Part shown: piece by piece, positions 12,457 through 20,697 of the stretch
Position numbering within the stretch: position 1 is the stretch's first letter
Layout of the letters: every line of letters begins with the position of its first letter
NCBI GenBank assembly: GCA_049699855.1
Contig: JBNAWM010000004.1
Location: 1 to 38,720 of the forward strand
Reading direction: 5' to 3'
From: Candidatus Cryosericum sp.
GTDB lineage: Bacteria > Caldisericota > Caldisericia > Cryosericales > Cryosericaceae
DNA length: 38,720 nucleotides
Made by a program: the position numbers and the translations under genes
Notes under the pieces: generated by a model
What the model saw: the letters and a program-made list of their open reading frames with translations, nothing else
The model's database searches: none
What the model was told of the DNA's origin: nothing

Positions 12457-13214
12457 TACAGCACCCCCTCGACGACCTTGAACTCACCAAGTGGGAAATA
12501 GGGCATGACTTCCTTGCGGATGCGTTCCATTGACTCCACGGGTGTCAGCTTCCAGTTGGTGGGACACGTCGACAGACACTCGACGAGCGAGAATCCGATG
12601 CCGCGTACCTGCGCGTTGAATGCCTTCCGAAACGCGCTCTTGGCCTTGCGAATATTGACCGGAGAGTCGAGAGAGACCCGTGCGATATACGCAGGCCCGT
12701 CAAGCGTGGCAAGCATCTCAGAAACCCGGATGGGAAAACCATTTACCTGTGGCGTCCTGCCCAGAGGACTCGTTGTCGTTTTCTGTCCCAGCAGCGTCGT
12801 CGGCGCCATCTGGCCACCAGTCATGCCATAGTTGCCATTGTTGATGAAGATAACCGTGATGGGCCAGCCGCGGGCTGCGGCGTGGACAATCTCTGCCATG
12901 CCGATGCTTGCCAGATCGCCATCACCCTGGTACGCAAAAACAAAGTTGTCTGGATGCGTAACCTTGATGCCAGTCGCCATTGCAGGAGCGCGACCGTGCG
13001 CTGCTTCAACACCATCAAAATTGAAGTAGTCATATCCGAGAACCGAGCAGCCAACAGGCCAGACGCCGATGGTTTTGTCCACCAAGTCCATTTCATCCAC
13101 CAGTTCCGCGATGAGTCGATGAGCCACGCCATGCGTGCAGCCTGGACAATAGTGAGTAACCTTGTTCGCCCATGAAGTCGGACGCTCATAAATCACTTTC
13201 ATCTCATCAGCCAT
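12456..13214 (-). CDS. 2-oxoacid:ferredoxin oxidoreductase beta subunit (TPP-binding)
   Basis: HYCPGCTHG, PVGCS, YQGDGDLASIG, NNGNYGMTGGQMAPTT, STCPTNW. Start moved to ATG 13214. Confidence 0.92.
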   Translation of the reverse strand: MADEMKVIYERPTSWANKVTHYCPGCTHGVAHRLIAELVDEMDLVDKTIGVWPVGCSVLGYDYFNFDGVEAAHGRAPAMATGIKVTHPDNFVFAYQGDGDLASIGMAEIVHAAARGWPITVIFINNGNYGMTGGQMAPTTLLGQKTTTSPLGRTPQVNGFPIRVSEMLATLDGPAYIARVSLDSPVNIRKAKSAFRKAFNAQVRGIGFSLVECLSTCPTNWKLTPVESMERIRKEVMPYFPLGEFKVVEGVL

Positions 13215-13218
13215 GGCT

Positions 13219-14286
13219 CTACCGTCCTTTCCCAAACTGCTCTTCAAAAGCAGTCAATATCTCCTGTGGTCCGGGCACAATGCCGCCGCCTCGTCCATAC
13301 CAGCCAAGAGGCATCTTGTCACACAGGGTCAGCTGGACATCCTCAAACAACTGCCGATAGGCAAGCTCTACTGTCAGCGCTCCCTTCAACTGGCCAACAT
13401 ATGCCTGGATTTGCTTGGCGGGGAATGGCCACACGGTGATCGGGCGCAACAGCCCAAGCTTGATGCCCTTCGCACGGGCCAGGCGCACCGTCGTCTTGGA
13501 AATGCGCGCCATAGTGCCGTACGCAATGATCGCATACTCGGCATCATCCATCTGGTATTCCTCAATACGACTCTCAGCGCTTTCCACCTGCGCATACTTC
13601 GCTTGAAGGTCCAGGTTCCATTTTTCCAGTCCTGGAGCGTCAAGGGTAAGACTGGTGATGATATTAGGATGGCTGCGCCCATGGCGTCCCGTCACTGCCC
13701 AGTCAGGGGTCTTGAGGGTGGAGACGTCGACCTTCGTCTTGAACTCCACCGGCTCCATCATTTGCCCGATGAGACCGTCAACAATGACCATGACCAGCAT
13801 GCGATACTTCTCGGCAAGTTCAAACGCATCCACGAACAAGTCGACTCCTTCCTGAATCGAGGCAGGAGCAAGCACGATGCGCCTGTAGTCTCCATTGCCC
13901 CCACCCTTGACTGCCTGGAAGTAGTCACCCTGTGCAGGTGCAATGTTGCCAAGACCAGGACCTCCACGCATGGCATTCATGACCACGCACGGAACATTTG
14001 ACCCGCTGATATAAGAAATACCTTCCTGCATCAGCGAAATTCCAGGACTGGAGGATGAAGTCATGACACGCACGCCCGTACAGGCAGCACCGTACACCAT
14101 GTTGATAGAAGCCAGCTCGCTTTCGGCTTGCACGAACCTGCCGCCTACCTCGGGAAGACGTCTGCTCATGTACTCCGGCGTCTCATTCTGGGGCGTAATC
14201 GGATAACCAAAGTAGAAGCGGCATCCCGCCTGAATGGCACCTTCTGCGAGAGCTTCGGCTCCCTTCATCAGCACCTTGTTGCTCAT
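13219..14286 (-). CDS. 2-oxoacid:ferredoxin oxidoreductase alpha subunit (VorB-like)
   Basis: YFGYPITPQNE, QAESELASINMVYGA, TSSSSPGISLMQE, RGGPGLGNIAPAQGDY. Confidence 0.92.
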   Translation of the reverse strand: MSNKVLMKGAEALAEGAIQAGCRFYFGYPITPQNETPEYMSRRLPEVGGRFVQAESELASINMVYGAACTGVRVMTSSSSPGISLMQEGISYISGSNVPCVVMNAMRGGPGLGNIAPAQGDYFQAVKGGGNGDYRRIVLAPASIQEGVDLFVDAFELAEKYRMLVMVIVDGLIGQMMEPVEFKTKVDVSTLKTPDWAVTGRHGRSHPNIITSLTLDAPGLEKWNLDLQAKYAQVESAESRIEEYQMDDAEYAIIAYGTMARISKTTVRLARAKGIKLGLLRPITVWPFPAKQIQAYVGQLKGALTVELAYRQLFEDVQLTLCDKMPLGWYGRGGGIVPGPQEILTAFEEQFGKGR

Positions 14287-14498
14287 GCCTTCACCTCTCT
14301 ATGCAATTCGATCGCAACGTCAGGGCACACAAGCACGCACGAACCGCATGTCGTACACTTGCTCTGGTCTGTGCATTCCGCCGGCCTGAAACCCCGGGCA
14401 TTCAGCCGATCACTGATCACAAGGATTTTGACCGGACAGACGCTGACGCACAGGCCACAGCTCTTGCACTTCTGTTCGTCAATCGAGACTCTTTCCAC
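14283..14498 (-). CDS. 2x[4Fe-4S] ferredoxin-like delta subunit of the oxidoreductase
   Basis: CKSCGLCVSVCP and CTTCGSCVLVCP; GTG start with GGAGG SD. Confidence 0.92.
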   Translation of the reverse strand: MERVSIDEQKCKSCGLCVSVCPVKILVISDRLNARGFRPAECTDQSKCTTCGSCVLVCPDVAIELHREVKA

Positions 14499-14517
14499 GG
14501 TTTACCTCCAAGTTGCT

Positions 14518-15261
14518 TCAAAATTCCGTTTGCGACCCAATCGTGTCCATAATGCGGTTAAACGTCCGAATCATCGACAGAAGCCCGGTCGCATCGGGCG
14601 TCAGTTGATGAGCCGTCGAATCAGCGTATTTGGCCGAAACAAGCACTGCAACGACAGGGAGGCCCTCTCTCTCGCCCAAAGCCTTCACGGCGTCGTACCC
14701 ATGCTGCACATCCTCTGCGGTGGTCTCGTCCTGAAGATTCGTATTGGAGACCAGCCCCGCCACTTCGAGACGCACCCCGGAACGGATCGTTGTCAGCGTC
14801 CGTGTGAGCCCTTCAAGCGTATCCATCCCCGGGCGCAGGGTATTGATGACAATGTACAGCCGGTAATCGCCTGCCATAATCGTTTCACGAAACTGCGCAA
14901 TCGCTCCCGCGCCAATCGCGTCTCCCCCGACATCGATGATCTTGACCCGGTCGGACGATGCGAGGAGAGCGTGCAAGTTGGGGGGGAACGTGGGAATGTC
15001 GGCGTGAAGGAGGCGTCGCTCTGGCTCGACGATCTCCAGTCTGGCCGCCTCCTCTGCGGTCAAAAGCCGCATCATATCACGCAGTCGAAAGTATGGCTTG
15101 ACGACGTCGAGATCACACAGTGCCACTGGCAATGATGTCGTGTGGATTAGCGAAAGAGCAAGGTTGATGGCAACCTCTGTCTTGCCCGAACCCGACGGGC
15201 CGGCAAACAGAATCGACTGCCCAGCACGCGGTGTGTTCAGCAGCTCGGCAAGTTCACGCAT
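14518..15261 (-). CDS. Uncharacterised P-loop NTPase (MinD/ParA/CooC-like)
   Basis: FAGPSGSGKTEVAINLA Walker A, DLDVVKPYFR, IDVGGD, GLVSNTNL. Confidence 0.8.
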   Translation of the reverse strand: MRELAELLNTPRAGQSILFAGPSGSGKTEVAINLALSLIHTTSLPVALCDLDVVKPYFRLRDMMRLLTAEEAARLEIVEPERRLLHADIPTFPPNLHALLASSDRVKIIDVGGDAIGAGAIAQFRETIMAGDYRLYIVINTLRPGMDTLEGLTRTLTTIRSGVRLEVAGLVSNTNLQDETTAEDVQHGYDAVKALGEREGLPVVAVLVSAKYADSTAHQLTPDATGLLSMIRTFNRIMDTIGSQTEF

Positions 15262-15278
15262 TGACGGCTCTTCCGGGG

Positions 15279-16364
15279 TTATGAAAGCCGTAGGGGAGGA
15301 TACGCTTCAGCTGAGACTGAACCATCTAGGACACGCAAGACTCCCAGTGCAAGAGCCTTCATCTCATCCTCACCCGGATAGACCTTGATGGGAGCGATAA
15401 ACTGCACTCGTTCAGTGATCTCATTCACCAGATACGTCGAGCGAGCGATTCCGCCCGTGATCACGATGGCATCGACGTCCCCCTTAAGGACCGTGGCCAT
15501 TTCGCCGACGGTCTTGGCTACCGTGTATGCCATCGCGCTATACACAAGGCGCGCGTGTTCATCGCCTTCGCTTATCATTTTTTCCACCGCCCGGGCATCG
15601 TTTGTCCCAAGATGACTGACCAAGCCACCCTTTCCGGCCAGCAGCTTCATCATCTCTGCTTGCGAGTACGTACCCGAGAAGCACAGCTTGACCAGTCCGA
15701 CAGCGGGAAGGCTTCCCGCGCGCTCTGGCGCAAACGGGCCATCTCCGTTCAGTGCATTGTTGACATCGATGACGCGACCCCGGCAATGCGCTCCCACGGA
15801 AATGCCACCACCAAGGTGTACAACGATAAGGTTCACTTCCTCGTACGCCTTGCCAAGATCCTGGGCTGCCTGCCTGGCGATGGCCTTCTGATTCAATGCG
15901 TGAAAGATGCTGATGCGCTCGATTTCCTTCAATCCCGAGAAACGGGCAAGCGGCGCCAGCTCGTCCACTACGACAGGGTCGACGATATACGCCGGGATGC
16001 CGGATTCCTTGGTGAGCTCAAATCCTATGCAGGCAGCCAGGTTGGATGCATGCGCACCCAGGGCCGGTTGATGCAGGTCATGAATCATCGCCTCGTTGAC
16101 CCGATACGTGCCAGAGGGAAGCGGCTGCAGGAGCCCGCCTCTGCATGCGACAGCCGACAGCTCGGACAGGTCCGTCGCATGTCTTGCGAGAAACTCCCTG
16201 ACGATCGTCAGTCTCATCGAAAGCTGGTCCATGAGCGATGGAAACAGAGCGATCGTGGCGGCATCGTGCGAGACGGTTTCGGTGACAACAGGTGTCCTGT
16301 CTTGAAAGATCGAGAGCTTGGTACTTGTTGAACCTGGATTGACAACAAGAATTTTGAATGGCAA
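15279..16364 (-). CDS. buk: Butyrate (branched-chain carboxylate) kinase
   Basis: KILVVNPGSTSTK, RGGLL, HASNLA, IVDPVVVDE, FHALNQK, HLGGGISVGAH, GPFAPERAG, YPGEDEM. TTG start at 16364 follows GGAGG. Confidence 0.95.
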   Translation of the reverse strand: MPFKILVVNPGSTSTKLSIFQDRTPVVTETVSHDAATIALFPSLMDQLSMRLTIVREFLARHATDLSELSAVACRGGLLQPLPSGTYRVNEAMIHDLHQPALGAHASNLAACIGFELTKESGIPAYIVDPVVVDELAPLARFSGLKEIERISIFHALNQKAIARQAAQDLGKAYEEVNLIVVHLGGGISVGAHCRGRVIDVNNALNGDGPFAPERAGSLPAVGLVKLCFSGTYSQAEMMKLLAGKGGLVSHLGTNDARAVEKMISEGDEHARLVYSAMAYTVAKTVGEMATVLKGDVDAIVITGGIARSTYLVNEITERVQFIAPIKVYPGEDEMKALALGVLRVLDGSVSAEAYPPLRLS

Positions 16365-16395
16365 CGCTGCCTCCACTATCCTGAATGTCCCAGCA

Positions 16396-16422
16396 GAAGG
16401 GAGGGCGCCGAAAGCGCCCTCC
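16396..16422 (-). terminator. Intercistronic hairpin after gdhA (partial terminator or mRNA stabiliser)
   Basis: GGAGGGCGC-TTTCG-GCGCCCTCC 9-bp stem with a weak U tail (CTTCTG). Confidence 0.6.
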
Positions 16423-16437
16423 TGCAAAACGTTTCTC

Positions 16438-17706
16438 TTACGGTTTTACCCAGCCACGTACCTCAACAGCTTCGCCAACACGCTCCACGGCGACCATGTC
16501 GGCTGCCATTCTCATGGTAACCTTATCGGCCTTGTGCTTGCTGTGCATGGCGTAGACACGCTCAAATGCCTCTGTCATGACGCGCTCGAGCTTCTCGTTG
16601 ACTTCTTTCTCGGACCAGTAGTATCCATAGTTGTTCTGAACCCATTCAAAATACGAAACAGTGACACCACCTGCGTTGCCCAGAATGTCAGGAATCACAA
16701 AAGCGCCATTCTTCTCGAGGATCTCGTCCGCGTCAGGGTTCACGCCGCCATTTGCCAGCTCAACAACGATCTTTGCCTTGACGTCGCCGGCATTGTCCTT
16801 GACAATCGCATTCTGAAGCGCCGCGGGGATATAGACATCAACGTCCAGTGCACGCAGCTGCTCATTCGAGATATTGTCGAGACCCTTGTACCCCTTGACT
16901 GTTCCATTCTTGTTTTCATATGCCTTCAAGTCATCGGGGTCGATGCCCTTGGGATCGTAGACACCCCCGTTGACCATGGTGATGGCAACCACTTTGGCAC
17001 CGTCCTCTTCATGGAGAATCTTGGCTGCATAATAGCCCACATTGCCAAAGCCCTCGATGGCGACAGTAGCTCCCTTCAGCGTCACGCCAGCCTTTTTTGC
17101 AGCCATGCGCAGGCAGTAGACTCCACCAAGTCCGGTCGCTGCCGTTCTTCCAAGGGATCCGCCAACGATCAGGGGTTTGCCGGTAAGTAGTCCAAATGCG
17201 TTGTGCCCAGTCATCTTGCTATACTCATCGACCATCCATGCCATAATCTGAGGCGTTGTGTTGACATCTGGAGCGGGAACGTCACGATCGGGCCCGATGA
17301 ATGCACCCAGCGCACGAATGTATCCGCGGGAAAGCCTCTCGAGCTCACTGGTGGACAGTGTTCTTGGATCGACAACGACCCCGCCCTTGCCGCCGCCGTA
17401 TGGAAGACCTACGACTGCACACTTCAGCGTCATCAGCGTCGCAAGAGCCTTGACGTCCTCAAGCGTCTCGTCCTGATGAAACCGGATGCCACCCTTGGTC
17501 GGTCCGACAGCATCATTGTGCTGGCACCGGAATCCCTGGAAGACCTTGGTGGTTCCGTCATCCATGCGAACCGGAATAGAAACAATGAGCGTTCTCTGCG
17601 GATTGCGGAGAATCTCCGTGACCTCGGGATTCTGGCCGAGCTTTGTGCCGGCGATCTGAATCCTGTCTTGAGCTACCTGGAACCAGTTCTTCTTCTCGAC
17701 TGCCAT
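16438..17706 (-). CDS. gdhA: Glutamate dehydrogenase (Glu/Leu/Phe/Val dehydrogenase family)
   Basis: GPTKGGIRF, MTLKCAVVGLPYGGGKGG, DVPAPDVNT, GGSLGR, GFGNVG, GGVTVSYFEW; the Lys and Ser residues that determine Glu specificity are present. Confidence 0.93.
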   Translation of the reverse strand: MAVEKKNWFQVAQDRIQIAGTKLGQNPEVTEILRNPQRTLIVSIPVRMDDGTTKVFQGFRCQHNDAVGPTKGGIRFHQDETLEDVKALATLMTLKCAVVGLPYGGGKGGVVVDPRTLSTSELERLSRGYIRALGAFIGPDRDVPAPDVNTTPQIMAWMVDEYSKMTGHNAFGLLTGKPLIVGGSLGRTAATGLGGVYCLRMAAKKAGVTLKGATVAIEGFGNVGYYAAKILHEEDGAKVVAITMVNGGVYDPKGIDPDDLKAYENKNGTVKGYKGLDNISNEQLRALDVDVYIPAALQNAIVKDNAGDVKAKIVVELANGGVNPDADEILEKNGAFVIPDILGNAGGVTVSYFEWVQNNYGYYWSEKEVNEKLERVMTEAFERVYAMHSKHKADKVTMRMAADMVAVERVGEAVEVRGWVKP

Positions 17707-17787
17707 AATAGCCTCCGTGACATGTGGTGTCAGCCCTCGCCAATTCGATGAGCCGCCCCGTTATGGGACTCCAAAACACCATGGTTC

Positions 17788-17815
17788 ATTGTATGCCGAT
17801 ACCGTCACATTTCAA
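17788..17815 (-). promoter_or_regulatory. Putative promoter of the gdhA-buk-oxidoreductase operon
   Basis: TTGAAA-N16-TACAAT. Confidence 0.65.
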
Positions 17816-17847
17816 GCATTTGTTAAATTAACCACAACTCCACGGCG

Positions 17848-18429
17848 TCAGAGTGCACTGCGGACGAGAGACACGACATCGCGTGCATGGTCAAAGATAT
17901 CTTCCTCGAAAACCACCTTGGGATAGTGCCACCCTGCGTAGAACTCCTCATACTGCTTGTTCAGTCCTTCCAGATAGTCACCACTGATGTTCTCGATACT
18001 CCGGTTGCGCTTGCGAATATTCGAAAGAAGCGTTGGGACGTCTCGACGAAGATATACCAGCAGATTGGGATTTGGCAGGCGGCGCACCATGAGCTGATAG
18101 AGCTTGTCATAGGTATTCCATTCATCGACGGACAGCAGCCCATCCCGCACCAATGCCTTGGCAAAAATCTCACGGTCCTCATAAATGGAGCGATCCAGGA
18201 TAGCGGGGATATCGTTCATGAGCACGTGATTCAGAATCTGCTCATACCGAAGAGCAAGAAAACTGATCTGCGTCGCGAAGGCCCACCGCTTCATGTCCTG
18301 GTAGTAACTCGGGAGAAAGGGGTTCTCGCCAAATGCCTCGAAGTAGACAGAAAAACCCAACTCACGCGAGAGCATCTGTGCCAGTGATGTCTTCCCCGCG
18401 CCTATGTTTCCAGCGATGACCAGGTACAT
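17848..18429 (-). CDS. Deoxynucleoside kinase (Dck/Dgk family)
   Basis: IAGNIGAGKTSL, NPFLPSYY, ILDRSIYEDREIF, PNLLVYL, RKRNRSIE. ATG 18429 follows GAGGGGG. Confidence 0.92.
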   Translation of the reverse strand: MYLVIAGNIGAGKTSLAQMLSRELGFSVYFEAFGENPFLPSYYQDMKRWAFATQISFLALRYEQILNHVLMNDIPAILDRSIYEDREIFAKALVRDGLLSVDEWNTYDKLYQLMVRRLPNPNLLVYLRRDVPTLLSNIRKRNRSIENISGDYLEGLNKQYEEFYAGWHYPKVVFEEDIFDHARDVVSLVRSAL

Positions 18430-18560
18430 GATTTCCCCCTCATCCAATAAGATATGAACAGGATCTCAGGCGCCGCCAACTGCTGTGAGCCATGTCGCCA
18501 TATCATTGTTTACCGCGACCAATGACCGCCCGCCACCCGAGGCGCACCAATTTCTCTTTC

Positions 18561-18609
18561 ATAGTAGCAGTATTCAGGACGCTTGCAAAACAAGCCCCGC
18601 ATCTATAAT
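18561..18609. promoter_or_regulatory. Divergent promoters sharing a palindromic -35 TTGCAA (18583-18588)
   Basis: Minus strand TTGCAA-N16-TACTAT (dck); plus strand TTGCAA-N15-TATAAT (proS). Confidence 0.55.
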
Positions 18610-18642
18610 GTAGGAACTTGCCTTTGACATCGGGAGGAAACC

Positions 18643-20358
18643 TTGTACCTGAGCAAAATATTCGCCCCACGCCTGCGCGAAGTCCCGCAGGACGCTGATA
18701 CTGTAAGTGGGCAACTCATGTTGCGTGCCGGTCTGCTCCGCAAGTCGGCCTCCGGCATCTATACGTACCTCAATCTTGGCCTGCGCGCAAAACAGCGTAT
18801 TGAGGAAATTGTCCGTGAGGAGATGGACAGCCATGGAGCACAGGAAATTCTGATGCCTCTTCTCATGCCTGCAGAGCCCTGGCAGGCGACCGGTCGATGG
18901 GAACTCTATGGCGACGAGATGTTCAAACTGGTCGACAGGAAAGGCCGCGCCTTCTGCCTTGGGCCCACTCACGAGGAACTTGTCACTTCAGTGGTCGGCA
19001 GTGAACGCCACTCGTACAAGGAACTCCCTTTCAATCTCTACCACATTACCAACAAGTATCGTGACGAGATCCGCCCCCGGTATGGCCTGATTCGCAGCCG
19101 TGAGTTCACGATGATGGACGCCTACAGTTTCGATCGTGACGAGACTTCGGTCGAGTCCAGCTACGCTCTCATGGTCGAGGCGTACACGAATATCTTCAAT
19201 CGTGTGGGTCTGACGTTCCGACCGATTCAAGCTGATTCGGGAGCAATTGGCGGTTCGTCGTCCCATGAGTTTACGGTGCAAGCCGAAAACGGCGAGTGCA
19301 CCTACGCTGCCTGCGACAACTGCGGCTACGCCGCCAATCTTGAGCTCGCCAAAGCGCACCCGGCACTGGAACCAGAAACTACTGCTGGTACATGCCCCGA
19401 ACCAGAGACTGTCCCCACTCCGGGTATCCACAGCATCGATGATGTTGTCCGCTTTTTTGGCATCAGCCCGGGCACCGTCCTCAAATCGATTCTCTACATA
19501 GCTGATGACAAGCCATGGCTTCTCGTCCTGCGTGGAGACGATGAGATCAACGAGGTCAAACTCCTCAAGGCAGTCAAAGCCCGGGAAGGCCGTATTGCCA
19601 GCGATGAGGAAGTGTTCGCAATCCTGGGCGTTCATCCCGGGTCGGTGGGTCCACTGAAGACCAGCGTTCCTATTGTTGTCGACGAACTTGTCCGCAGTGA
19701 TGTCTCCTACACCGTGGGGGCAGGAGAGGATGGCTTCCATGTCAAGAACGTTTGCTATCCAAGAGATTTCCAGTCCGACATCGTCGCAGACATCAGGATG
19801 GTGCGTCCAGGAGACCTTTGCCCGATCTGTGGACATCCGCTCCATACCGCGACCGGCATCGAGGTTGGACACACCTTTAAGCTGGGCACGAAGTACTCAG
19901 TCCCTCTGCATGCAAACTATGTCGATGAGGACGGGAGCGAGAAACCCTATTTCATGGGATGTTATGGTATCGGCATCGGACGCACGCTGGCCGCTGTCAT
20001 AGAACAGCATCATGACGCCAAGGGAATCATCTGGCCCATGTCGATAGCACCCTACCGGGTAATCGTCATTCCACTCAACAAGGGAGATGACGCTGTTTGG
20101 CAGGCCGCCTTGGAGCTTCATGATGCACTTCAGAAGGACGGGGTCGATGTCATTTTGGACGATCGGGGAGAATCCGCTGGAGTGAAGTTCAATGACGCCG
20201 ATCTCCTCGGAATCCCCATCCAGGTGGTCGTGGGCAACTCGTTCCTGAAGACTGGCAACTTCGAGATTTCACTGCGTGCCGACAAAGCAAACAAGAACCT
20301 TATCCCGGCGTCTGAGGCAGTCTCATTTGTTCGGACTCTCATGAGGACCACTGCTTAA
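18643..20358 (+). CDS. proS: Proline--tRNA ligase, bacterial type with INS editing domain
   Basis: LGPTHEE, KYRDEIRPRYGLIRSREFTMMDAYSF, GIEVGHTFKLGTKYS, MGCYGIGIGR; TTG start after GGGAGG. Confidence 0.97.
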   Translation: MYLSKIFAPRLREVPQDADTVSGQLMLRAGLLRKSASGIYTYLNLGLRAKQRIEEIVREEMDSHGAQEILMPLLMPAEPWQATGRWELYGDEMFKLVDRKGRAFCLGPTHEELVTSVVGSERHSYKELPFNLYHITNKYRDEIRPRYGLIRSREFTMMDAYSFDRDETSVESSYALMVEAYTNIFNRVGLTFRPIQADSGAIGGSSSHEFTVQAENGECTYAACDNCGYAANLELAKAHPALEPETTAGTCPEPETVPTPGIHSIDDVVRFFGISPGTVLKSILYIADDKPWLLVLRGDDEINEVKLLKAVKAREGRIASDEEVFAILGVHPGSVGPLKTSVPIVVDELVRSDVSYTVGAGEDGFHVKNVCYPRDFQSDIVADIRMVRPGDLCPICGHPLHTATGIEVGHTFKLGTKYSVPLHANYVDEDGSEKPYFMGCYGIGIGRTLAAVIEQHHDAKGIIWPMSIAPYRVIVIPLNKGDDAVWQAALELHDALQKDGVDVILDDRGESAGVKFNDADLLGIPIQVVVGNSFLKTGNFEISLRADKANKNLIPASEAVSFVRTLMRTTA

Positions 20359-20368
20359 CCCAATCCGA

Positions 20369-20396
20369 TTGACAGCAGCCGGTGAGCCGCTAAAAT
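20369..20396 (+). promoter_or_regulatory. Promoter of the ferredoxin gene
   Basis: TTGACA-N16-TAAAAT. Confidence 0.75.
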
Positions 20397-20428
20397 GAAA
20401 CCGTTCCATTTATGAAAAAGGAGGAACC

Positions 20429-20620
20429 ATGAAGGTAACCATTGATGAGGAAGCTTGCATCGGCTGCGGTGCTTGCGTAGCTCTTTGCGATGCTGTGTTC
20501 AGACTCAATGATGACACCGGAAAGGCCGAGGTCATTCCAGGTGCCGATTGCGGAGCGGCTGGCTGCTGCAACGAAGCAGCCGAATCCTGCCCGGTCGCCG
20601 CAATTACGGTCGAGCAGTAG
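20429..20620 (+). CDS. Small single-cluster ferredoxin
   Basis: CIGCGAC...AAESCPVAAI; AGGAGG SD. Confidence 0.92.
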   Translation: MKVTIDEEACIGCGACVALCDAVFRLNDDTGKAEVIPGADCGAAGCCNEAAESCPVAAITVEQ

Positions 20621-20645
20621 AACTCGACTTCCTCAGATTATCGAG

Positions 20646-20675
20646 AAACCCGCCGGATCTCCGGCGGGTTTTTTT
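20646..20675 (+). terminator. Intrinsic terminator after ferredoxin (may also serve convergent fabF)
   Basis: AAACCCGCCGGA-TC-TCCGGCGGGTTTTTTT. Confidence 0.85.
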
Positions 20676-20697
20676 GTGCTACGCAGATGGAGGCTGT

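Noticed and set aside
18503..18562. 19-codon minus-strand ORF (MKEKLVRLGW...) as a leader peptide for dck
   Set aside because: Its ATG overlaps the predicted -10 box, so it would not be in the transcript; no SD.
18610..18642. T-box leader for proS (and for hisS)
   Set aside because: The leaders are only about 30 nt and lack the GGTGGxACC T-box motif.
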